A DNA stretch of 64,000 bases from Acutalibacteraceae bacterium (GTDB lineage: Bacteria > Bacillota > Clostridia > Oscillospirales > Acutalibacteraceae). Where the stretch lies: contig JAZTWN010000055.1 of the NCBI GenBank assembly GCA_045635905.1, positions 1,894 through 65,893 of the forward strand. Direction: 5' to 3'. A program made the position numbers and the translations under genes. The number at the start of each line of letters is the position of its first letter. Within the stretch, counting starts at the first letter, position 1. The notes beneath the pieces were generated by a model. That model had not been told where the DNA came from. It saw only the letters and a list, made by a program, of their open reading frames with translations, and searched no databases. Below, piece by piece: positions 10,087-18,222 of this stretch.

Positions 10087-11406
10087 TTATAATCTCCAAT
10101 AAGTATATCCGGCTGTTTCAAAAGTCTTTTTGTCGCAAATACCCTTAATGTCAATAATAACCTTCTTACCGGCATCGAGAAGTGCGTCAACCTCATCAAC
10201 TGACAGCTTGCTGAATTCATCGTGGGCCACTGCTACAATTACCGCGGACACATCTTTGATATCCTTCATATCGGTAAATTTAATTCCGTAGAATTTTTCT
10301 GCCTCCCACGCTTCTGCCTGAGGATCGGTAACAATAGCTTCAACACCGTACTCCTTAAGCTCGTTTACGATATCAATTACTCTTGTGTTTCTGATATCGG
10401 GACAATTTTCCTTGAAGGTAAAGCCGAGAATTGCAACTCTTGCGTCCTTTACAGGCTTACCGGCAGCAATAAGCTTTTTAACTGTCATTTCAGCAACATA
10501 CTTACCCATGTCATCATTGATTCGTCTGCCGGCAAGAATTACCTGAGAATGATAACCGAATTTTTCAGCCTTGTACGTAAGGTAATAAGGGTCAACACCG
10601 ATGCAGTGACCGCCGACAAGACCGGGGAAGAATTTAAGGAAATTCCACTTTGTGCCAGCTGCCTTAAGCACTGCCTGTGTATCTATTCCCATTTTGTTGA
10701 AAATAATAGACAGCTCGTTCATAAATGCAATATTTATATCTCTCTGGCTGTTTTCTATAACCTTTGCAGCCTCTGCAACCTTTATGCTTTCTGCCTTATA
10801 AACACCTGCCTCAACAACAAGCTCATAAACCTTTGCTGCAAGTTCAAGAGTTTCATCGTCCATGCCTGAAACGATTTTTACTATTGTTTCAAGACGGTGC
10901 ACCTTATCGCCGGGATTGATTCTTTCCGGTGAATAGCCTACCTTGAAATCAACACCGCATTTAAGTCCTGATTCCTCTTCAAGAATGGGAACACAGGTTT
11001 CTTCTGTAACACCGGGATAAACGGTTGATTCAAACACAACAACGGAGCCTGCAGTAAGATTTCTTCCGAGAATATGGCAGGCACCCTCAACGGGTGAAAG
11101 ATCAGGAGTGTGATCATCGTTTACGGGTGTGGGAACGGCAACGATGTGGAACTTTGCATCCTTAAGTCTTGTTGCATCCGCAGTAAAATCAACGGTAGTT
11201 TCTTTTATTGCTTCATCGCCGACTTCATTTGTAGGATCAATTCCGTTTTTGTAAAGCTCAATTTTCTTTTCATTAAGATCATAGCCTATTACGTCAATTT
11301 TTTTAGCAAATGCAACGGCTATAGGCATACCAACATAACCGAGACCTACGAGAGAGAGCTTTTCTGTTCTGTTAAGAAGTTTTTCGTAAAGATTTGCAAA
11401 TTCCAT
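10087..11406 (-). CDS. Nucleotide-sugar 6-dehydrogenase, TviB/WbpO/CapL-like (UDP-GlcNAc dehydrogenase)
   Basis: N-terminal LVGLGYVGMPIAVAFA (GxGxxG), catalytic-Cys region GLVGGHCIGVDPYYL, 439 aa. This is the UDP-glucose/GDP-mannose dehydrogenase family architecture. Confidence 0.85.
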   Translation of the reverse strand: MEFANLYEKLLNRTEKLSLVGLGYVGMPIAVAFAKKIDVIGYDLNEKKIELYKNGIDPTNEVGDEAIKETTVDFTADATRLKDAKFHIVAVPTPVNDDHTPDLSPVEGACHILGRNLTAGSVVVFESTVYPGVTEETCVPILEEESGLKCGVDFKVGYSPERINPGDKVHRLETIVKIVSGMDDETLELAAKVYELVVEAGVYKAESIKVAEAAKVIENSQRDINIAFMNELSIIFNKMGIDTQAVLKAAGTKWNFLKFFPGLVGGHCIGVDPYYLTYKAEKFGYHSQVILAGRRINDDMGKYVAEMTVKKLIAAGKPVKDARVAILGFTFKENCPDIRNTRVIDIVNELKEYGVEAIVTDPQAEAWEAEKFYGIKFTDMKDIKDVSAVIVAVAHDEFSKLSVDEVDALLDAGKKVIIDIKGICDKKTFETAGYTYWRL

Positions 11407-11419
11407 AATATCAATCCTC

Positions 11420-12538
11420 TTATATAAGTTTTTTTATTGTTTCAAGATATGCTTCTATTACCCTTTGCCGCGAGAAGCTTTCTTCAATATGACGCCTGCC
11501 GGCAAGACCCATTTCCCTCTTTTGTTCATTTGAAAGAGAAATGAAGCTTTCGATTTTTTCACACAGAGCATCTACGTCGCCGCCGTGATACATATAACCG
11601 GACACGTTATCAATAAACGTTTCCATACATCCGGGATTATCGGTTGAGATTATAGGTCTTCCCGAGGATGCGCTTTCAAGAAGCACATTGCTCATACCTT
11701 CACCATAGGTGGACGGATGAATCGTTGCGTGCGAGGCTTCTATATACGGACGCACATCTGCACAGCTTCCGTGATATTTTATAATTCCCTGCTTTTCAAG
11801 CTCTGCAAGCAGCGCTTCGTAATGCATTTCCGTAGGCTCTATAAAGCCCAGCATATTGAATTTTGCCGAAGGGTACTTAGCCTTTATTCTTTTTGCGGCT
11901 TCAATATAGTCGTCTACACCCTTATCGTGAAGGATTCTGCCGATATAATTAAAGGAAATACCGTCTGACTCATCAGGATAAGGGAGCACGGGATATCTGT
12001 CGGTATTTACACCAGAGCCCGGAATCAGTCTGCACTCACCCTTTACCATTCCGCTTGCCTTTGCAAGCTTCATGTTGGTTTCATTCTGAAACATAACGCA
12101 ACGTGAGCGTCTGAACGCAAACCTGAAAAGTCCCATAATAAATTTCTGGACAATGCCCTTCTGATTCAGCACACTGCCGAATCCCGTAACGTTGCTGATA
12201 ACGGGAATTCGCAAAAGAAATGCTGCAAGTCCGCAATATACGTTTGGCTTTGCCGTATACGTAAGCACCGCATCGGGACGGTTTTTGGCAAGAAGGAAGA
12301 AATAGTGCACGAAAAGCTTCAGGTCAGACACAATATTCGTTCCTCTTCTGTCAATATCCGGATTATCATATATATAATCTATGTGCTGCATCAATTCAAA
12401 TTTTTTGCCCCAGGGGCACGAAATAAGAATATCATAGCCGTTATCAATAATTGCCTCAATAAGCTCTTTACGGAAGCAATAGATATCGTCGTCATTATTT
12501 GTAAAAAGAGCAACCAGCTTATTATCTTTTTTCTTCAT
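11420..12538 (-). CDS. Glycosyltransferase family 4
   Basis: C-terminal HPSTYGEGMSNVLLESASSGRPIISTDNPGC (EX7E motif), 372 aa. It lies directly downstream of the initiating phosphoglycosyl transferase. Confidence 0.8.
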   Translation of the reverse strand: MKKKDNKLVALFTNNDDDIYCFRKELIEAIIDNGYDILISCPWGKKFELMQHIDYIYDNPDIDRRGTNIVSDLKLFVHYFFLLAKNRPDAVLTYTAKPNVYCGLAAFLLRIPVISNVTGFGSVLNQKGIVQKFIMGLFRFAFRRSRCVMFQNETNMKLAKASGMVKGECRLIPGSGVNTDRYPVLPYPDESDGISFNYIGRILHDKGVDDYIEAAKRIKAKYPSAKFNMLGFIEPTEMHYEALLAELEKQGIIKYHGSCADVRPYIEASHATIHPSTYGEGMSNVLLESASSGRPIISTDNPGCMETFIDNVSGYMYHGGDVDALCEKIESFISLSNEQKREMGLAGRRHIEESFSRQRVIEAYLETIKKLI

Positions 12539-12550
12539 AAAAACTCCGCG

Positions 12551-13255
12551 TTATACGTTTACGGCTTCGTTTTCATCGTTTATGAAAACTGCAAGAACCG
12601 TTTTTATCATTATTTTAATATCACCGAAAAAGCTGAATTCCTTTATTGCCTTAAGGTTATAATGCATTTTATCGGGCAAAATACGGTTTACATACACCTC
12701 TTCGGGATTTTCTGCCATATCAAGAAGAGAGCTTTCATCTCTGTAACAAACGCTTGCCTCTGAGGTAATGCCTGCAGGAAGCAGAAGTGTAGCCATCATT
12801 TCTTCCGAATAAAGCTTCACATATTTTTCAACCTCGGGACGGGTTCCGACAAAGCTCATTTTTCCTCTAAAAACGTCAATGAGCTGACCGAGCTCGTCAA
12901 GCTTGTATTTTCTGAGTATTGCCCCGACACGGGTTATTCTTGAGTCATTTGCAACAGTAAGCTTTGAGCCCTTATCGGCATCACTAACCATAGTACGGAA
13001 CTTAAAAATACGGAATTCCTCGCCATATCGGGTTATACGTGTCTGTCTGTAAAATACCTTGCCGGGAGAATCAAGCTTAATTGCAATTGCAATAAGAAGA
13101 AAAACAGGGAGCAAAACAAGAAGAAATGCACCTGAAACACAAACGTCAAAGACACGCTTGAAAAACAGACTCGCCTTTTTTTCAGAAAGCAAATTATAGT
13201 ATTCCTTCACCTGCTCGTTTTTCATAGCTTCAGGCAAATTTTCCCACTTTCTCAT
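12551..13255 (-). CDS. Initiating phosphoglycosyl transferase, small monotopic PglC/WbaP-C-terminal type (bacterial sugar transferase)
   Basis: FKRVFDVCVSGAFLLVLLPVFLLIAIAIKLDSPGKVFYRQTRITRYGEEFRIFKFRTM ... KLDELGQLIDVFRGKMSFVGTRPE is the canonical Bac_transf signature (re-entrant helix, DE dyad, (P/T)RP motif). Confidence 0.88.
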   Translation of the reverse strand: MRKWENLPEAMKNEQVKEYYNLLSEKKASLFFKRVFDVCVSGAFLLVLLPVFLLIAIAIKLDSPGKVFYRQTRITRYGEEFRIFKFRTMVSDADKGSKLTVANDSRITRVGAILRKYKLDELGQLIDVFRGKMSFVGTRPEVEKYVKLYSEEMMATLLLPAGITSEASVCYRDESSLLDMAENPEEVYVNRILPDKMHYNLKAIKEFSFFGDIKIMIKTVLAVFINDENEAVNV

Positions 13256-13256
13256 T

Positions 13257-14477
13257 TTAATCTTCCTTTGTAATTTTTCTTACGGCTTCCTTAAAGGAAC
13301 AGATTACGTATGCCACGTCCTCATCGCTTAATTTATTGTGAAGAGGAAGAGTAATTTCTTTGCTGAAATAATCGTAAGCACAAGGATAATCCGAAATGTC
13401 AAAGCCCATATTTTTATATGCAGTCATCATAGGAAGCGGCTTATAGTGCACGTTACAGGCAATTCCCTTCTCCGCCATTTCACAGATAATACCGTTTCTC
13501 TGCTCAGCTGTAATACCGGGAATATTTACAATATAAAGATGACCTGAGCTTCTGTAATTTTCACCTGAATGTCTTACGTAGCCTACCCCGATTTCATCGC
13601 AGCACGCCTCATACATTTTGATAATTTCATGGCGTCTTGCCATAATAGCTTCGTATCGGTCAAGCTGACGAAGGCCCATAGCTGCTGCAATATCAGTCAT
13701 ATTACATTTATACCAGGCACCTACAATATCATATTCCCAGGCGCCAAGCTTTGTTTTTGCAAGAGCATCCTTTGACTGACCGTGCAGACTGTAAAGCTGA
13801 TACTGATGATAAAGCTCTTCGTTATCAATTCCTTCTATTGTTCGCCAGGTTGAAGCTCCGCCCTCAGCCGTTGTAAGATTCTTTACGGCATGGAACGAAA
13901 ACGAAGAAAAATCAGCAATATTACCTGCTTTTATACCGTTTTTCTCAGCACCGAGAGAATGAGCACAGTCTGCTATGACTGCAATTCTTCCGATCGCCTT
14001 CTGCACATCGTTTGACGGTATGAAAAGAGCCTTTTTTTCCTCTGCTATACGGAATGCTGTATCATAATCTGCAATAACGCCTGCAAGGTCAACAAGAATT
14101 ACAGCCTTGGTTTTATCTGTGATAGCCGCAGCCAGTTTTTCACTGTCAAGCTCTAGTGAATCATTTTTACAATCTGCCATCACAAGCTTTGCTCCCACGT
14201 GTGCTACGGGAGAAGCAGTTGCAGTATAGGTATATGCGGGAACAACTACCTCGTCACCCTCGCCGATTCCGAGAATACGGAGATTCAGCTCAAGAGCAGC
14301 TGTTGCCGAATTAAGGCAAACCGCCCTGTCAGTTCCGCAGTACTGTGCAATTCTTTTTTCAAGCTCCTTTGTTCTGGGACCGGTTGTTATCCAGCCCGAG
14401 CGAAGAGCATCGCAAACCTCATTGATTTCAGCCTCTGTAATATCAGGTGGGCTGAAGGGTATGTTTCTTTTTTTCAT
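13257..14477 (-). CDS. DegT/DnrJ/EryC1/StrS-family PLP aminotransferase (PglE-like nucleotide-sugar 4-aminotransferase)
   Basis: IPFSPPDITEAEINEVCDALRSGWITTGP N-terminus, and SFSFHAVKNLTTAEGGA (PLP-lysine motif SFxxxK). 406 aa. Confidence 0.9.
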   Translation of the reverse strand: MKKRNIPFSPPDITEAEINEVCDALRSGWITTGPRTKELEKRIAQYCGTDRAVCLNSATAALELNLRILGIGEGDEVVVPAYTYTATASPVAHVGAKLVMADCKNDSLELDSEKLAAAITDKTKAVILVDLAGVIADYDTAFRIAEEKKALFIPSNDVQKAIGRIAVIADCAHSLGAEKNGIKAGNIADFSSFSFHAVKNLTTAEGGASTWRTIEGIDNEELYHQYQLYSLHGQSKDALAKTKLGAWEYDIVGAWYKCNMTDIAAAMGLRQLDRYEAIMARRHEIIKMYEACCDEIGVGYVRHSGENYRSSGHLYIVNIPGITAEQRNGIICEMAEKGIACNVHYKPLPMMTAYKNMGFDISDYPCAYDYFSKEITLPLHNKLSDEDVAYVICSFKEAVRKITKED

Positions 14478-14494
14478 AATTTATCCTTAACGTC

Positions 14495-16495
14495 TTACAG
14501 TTTATTGTTGGGGGTATATGTAGGCACCATTTTCTTTACAAGCTCTACAATTTCATCGGAATTTTCATAAGCAGTATACATAAGCTCGGAAAGCTGCTTC
14601 TGAAAAACATCCGCATCAAGCGGAATCGGATTTCCGATAAAAATAAGGTCGTTGGGAGTTTTTCTGAGACCCTCCTCGGACTTAAGGAGCTCCTCATAAA
14701 GCTTCTCACCGGGACGAAGACCTGTATATTCAATTTTAATATCAATATCGGGCTTAAGACCTGAAAGTCTTATAAGATTTCTTGCAAGAGTGTCAATCTT
14801 CACAGGTGAACCCATGTCAAGCACGAAAATCTCGCCGCCCTTGGCATATGCACCTGCAAGAAGAACAAGAGAAACCGCCTCGGGAATTGTCATAAAATAT
14901 CTGATAATATCAGGGTGAGTAACCTTGACGGGACCGCCCTCTGCAATCTGCTTTTTGAAGACAGGTACAACTGAGCCGTTTGAGCCGAGCACGTTACCGA
15001 ATCTAACGGCAACAAACTCTGTTTCCGAGTGAACGTTTTGTGCAGGAGAATATTTTCTTGTAAGCTCCATATCCTCAAGGTGAGTGAATATTCTTGCGAT
15101 TTCATCGCACTTGTTTTCCTTGATGCGTTTATCAAAAACGTTAACAATCATCTCACAAAGATGCTTGCTTGCACCCATTATATTTGTGGGATTAACTGCC
15201 TTATCCGTGCTGATAAGCACAAATCTCTTGCAGTTATAAACCATAGCGGCATAAGCTGTTTTGTAAGTACCTATTACGTTATTCTTAATAGCCTCACAGG
15301 GGCTGTCCTCCATAAGGGGAACGTGCTTATGTGCAGCTGCGTGGTATACGATGTCGGGACGGTATGTCCTGAAAACATCATCAAGACGTCTTGAGTCACG
15401 AACGGAGCCGATAAGAACATTAAGAGCAAGCTCTGGATATCTGCTTTTGAGCTCCTGTTCAATTGCATACGCGTTATTTTCATAAATATCAAAAATTACG
15501 AGTCTTGCAGGCTCCTGCTTTGCAACCTGACGGCAGAGCTCACTGCCGATTGATCCGCCACCGCCTGTAACAAGGATCGTTTTACCCTTTAGCTGACCGT
15601 ACACCTCAGTCATATCCGCAACAATAGGCTCGCGTCCGAGAAGATCCTCAACGGAAACGTCCGCCATATTGCCGACAGTGATATTCGTATTGATATTCTG
15701 GAAGATGCTGGGGAGATTTTTAAGCTCACAGGAGGTTTCGCTGCAGATGTTTATAATCTCTCTGATTTCCTCCTTGGGAGCACTGGGAATTGCTATAAGG
15801 ATTTTGTTTACGTGGTATTTGCTTACGTTGAAAAGAATATCATTTCTTCCGCCTGCTACGGGGATTCCCTCAATATATCTTCCCTGCTTATTGCTGTCGT
15901 CATCAATAAGACAGACAACCTTATCGGTATGATTGATATCCTTTTCTATGCTTCTTAAAATCTGCTGTCCTGCATTTCCCGCACCGATAATCATTACACG
16001 GCTGACAATTCTTCTCTCCTGGACATCCTTTATACGGTTAACCTCAAGAAGCAGGAAGCGGTATATAAATCTTGCAAAAACAAGAATGATGAGCTGAAGA
16101 CAAGCACCCCATAAATAGTACGAAAGGGGCATTCTGCAGAAAAATACGGTAATGAGAATTGAGTGAATAACCGACGAAACTCCGCTTCCCAGCGCCGTTT
16201 TTACCATATCGTTGAAGCTGGCGTATTTCCATACGCTATGATACATACGCATAGCCCAGAAAAGTATAATGCTCAAAACGGAATAAAGAGGAACAAAGAC
16301 GGTATATGCGTCAAGATATTCTGACGGTATAAGAGAAAACTCGCCGTCATGCCTGATCCATAAGGCAGCAAGATAAGAGAAATTTACGGCAAGAATATCG
16401 TAGAGGATAAGAAAGCCTGCTACAATATGCCACTGCTCGATATGTATTTTTCTTTTGGAAACACATTGTTTTTTCTTCATATTTTTCCTCAACAT
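14495..16495 (-). CDS. Membrane-bound polysaccharide biosynthesis protein CapD/PglF-like (UDP-GlcNAc 4,6-dehydratase)
   Basis: Four N-terminal TM helices, then two Rossmann motifs (MIIGAGNAGQQI and VTGGGGSIGSEL), and ISTDKAVNPTNIMGASKHLCE (the YxxxK equivalent of the CapD family). An alternative start at 16480 (MKKKQ, GAGGA 5 nt upstream) is equally plausible. Confidence 0.9.
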   Translation of the reverse strand: MLRKNMKKKQCVSKRKIHIEQWHIVAGFLILYDILAVNFSYLAALWIRHDGEFSLIPSEYLDAYTVFVPLYSVLSIILFWAMRMYHSVWKYASFNDMVKTALGSGVSSVIHSILITVFFCRMPLSYYLWGACLQLIILVFARFIYRFLLLEVNRIKDVQERRIVSRVMIIGAGNAGQQILRSIEKDINHTDKVVCLIDDDSNKQGRYIEGIPVAGGRNDILFNVSKYHVNKILIAIPSAPKEEIREIINICSETSCELKNLPSIFQNINTNITVGNMADVSVEDLLGREPIVADMTEVYGQLKGKTILVTGGGGSIGSELCRQVAKQEPARLVIFDIYENNAYAIEQELKSRYPELALNVLIGSVRDSRRLDDVFRTYRPDIVYHAAAHKHVPLMEDSPCEAIKNNVIGTYKTAYAAMVYNCKRFVLISTDKAVNPTNIMGASKHLCEMIVNVFDKRIKENKCDEIARIFTHLEDMELTRKYSPAQNVHSETEFVAVRFGNVLGSNGSVVPVFKKQIAEGGPVKVTHPDIIRYFMTIPEAVSLVLLAGAYAKGGEIFVLDMGSPVKIDTLARNLIRLSGLKPDIDIKIEYTGLRPGEKLYEELLKSEEGLRKTPNDLIFIGNPIPLDADVFQKQLSELMYTAYENSDEIVELVKKMVPTYTPNNKL

Positions 16496-18204
16496 TCTGT
16501 CATTTCACCGTTGGAATTAATCTTAAAAATTCTGTTGCAATACTTGAGCATACTCTCTCTGTGAGTAGTGATTATGCAGATTTTTTCAGGATTGCTGATC
16601 ATAATGTTATTAAGCACACGGGTTTCTGTTTCAACATCAAGAGCAGACGTTGCTTCATCCATAAGAATAATATGAGAATCCCTGAGAAGTGCACGTGCTA
16701 TTGAAATTCTCTGAAGCTGGCCCTGTGAAAAATTACTGCCGTTTTCACTGATATCGGTATAAATACCGTCCGGCAGAGTTTCAATATGAGAATAAAGGTC
16801 TGTAGTTTTAAGAACCTCAATAAGCTCCTCGTCGGTTGCATCTTCCTTTACAAGGCGAAGATTATCGGCAATAGTGCCGGAAAAGATGCTGACCCCCTGA
16901 GGAACATACGAGCAGAATCTGCGTGTACTGTCTGACACAGTAAGCTTTTCTCCATCGCAGGATCTAAGGTAAAGACTGCCCCCCGAAGGCTTTATGATTC
17001 CGAGAATAAGCTTCAGAAGAGTGGTTTTTCCCTCACCGGAGGGACCGATAAAGGCTATTGTTTCACCCGAGCGGATATCTATTGAAATATTTTTAAGGAT
17101 TTCAACAGAATCATCCTCATAAGCAAATGATACGTTATCAAACTCTACGGCAACTCCCTTGTCCTTAACGCACTCAAGAAGTCTTAACGCATCTTCCTTG
17201 TCAGCATCATTTTCAGCATCGAAGCTCGTGATTTCAATTATTCTGCCTGCAGCGGTCGCAATTGAAACCGCAGAGGGCACCATTGAAGCAAGAGAGCTGA
17301 AGGATGAGGTAAGGACACCTGAAAGCTGGAGGAACATCGTCATTGTACCGAAGGATATTGCCCCCTGCCACAGGCGGTAAATGCCAAGACCGTAGCACGA
17401 ATAGGAAACGACAACACCGATAAGCGACAGACACAAGGTCATCACAATACTGAACTTATCGTATGATAATCTGAAGGATCGGTATTCACCGAGAAGCTTA
17501 GTGAAATTATTTATGTAATCTTTCGTAAGGTCAAAGGCCTTGATAAGCTGAATGTTCTGCACTGATTCCTGTGTATATGAAAGCACTTTACCGTTATATT
17601 CTCTCATCCGCTCATTGTATCTGCGCATTGAGCGAACAATAAATTTTGATGACAAAAACAAAAACGGTGCTGACATAAGAGCAAGAAGAGCCATTAATTT
17701 GTCATACCAGAGAACTATTGCCAATGCGCCCAAAAACTGAGTTATCTTGACAATCAGCCCGGGAATAAACGTCAGCGCTCCGCTTGAAACCGCTGACACA
17801 TCACTTTCAAGGCGGTTAAGAAGCTCGCCTGAATGAAATCTGCTTACGTTTTTCCATTCGGCGCTTATTATCGATGAGTAAATCTGACTTCTGATTTCAT
17901 TGTTTGCCTTTGTACTGACAACAGAAATAAGCCATGATGAAAGCGCCTGAAATACATGCTGAAAAATTGCAAGAGAAACAACAAGCACACCGAAGCTTAT
18001 AAGCTTATCCGTCAACTGAGAAACAACGGCATCAATAAGATACTTAGAAGCAACCGAAACAGAAAGACTCATAACAGCAGACAGTATACCGATAAGCACG
18101 TATGCAACGGTTATAAGACGGTATTTTTTTATGTATCTGAAAAGCCATTTCCATTCAGAAAGCATTTTCTTCAGCAATACACTGAACTTTTCTGTCTGCG
18201 CCAT
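16489..18204 (-). CDS. ABC exporter, fused 6-TM permease + ATPase (MsbA/PglK-like)
   Basis: An N-terminal TMD with about 6 helices. Walker A GPSGEGKTT, signature FSQGQLQRISIARA, Walker B IILMDEATSALD. Its stop overlaps the CapD-like start by 7 nt. Confidence 0.85.
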   Translation of the reverse strand: MAQTEKFSVLLKKMLSEWKWLFRYIKKYRLITVAYVLIGILSAVMSLSVSVASKYLIDAVVSQLTDKLISFGVLVVSLAIFQHVFQALSSWLISVVSTKANNEIRSQIYSSIISAEWKNVSRFHSGELLNRLESDVSAVSSGALTFIPGLIVKITQFLGALAIVLWYDKLMALLALMSAPFLFLSSKFIVRSMRRYNERMREYNGKVLSYTQESVQNIQLIKAFDLTKDYINNFTKLLGEYRSFRLSYDKFSIVMTLCLSLIGVVVSYSCYGLGIYRLWQGAISFGTMTMFLQLSGVLTSSFSSLASMVPSAVSIATAAGRIIEITSFDAENDADKEDALRLLECVKDKGVAVEFDNVSFAYEDDSVEILKNISIDIRSGETIAFIGPSGEGKTTLLKLILGIIKPSGGSLYLRSCDGEKLTVSDSTRRFCSYVPQGVSIFSGTIADNLRLVKEDATDEELIEVLKTTDLYSHIETLPDGIYTDISENGSNFSQGQLQRISIARALLRDSHIILMDEATSALDVETETRVLNNIMISNPEKICIITTHRESMLKYCNRIFKINSNGEMTEC

Positions 18205-18222
18205 TATTCTCCTGCCTTTCTT

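Noticed and set aside
9218-10869. Plus-strand ORFs of 159 and 215 aa opposite the TviC-like and TviB-like genes. Similar antisense ORFs lie at 1046-1453, 12305-12763, 14199-14570, 22951-23274, 34726-35223, 35491-35961, 38339-38752, 57292-57810, 58205-58672 and 58940-59569.
   Set aside because: All overlap strongly supported genes on the other strand. They are rich in Ile/Phe/Cys/Asn typical of AT-rich antisense frames, lack RBSs and carry no motifs.
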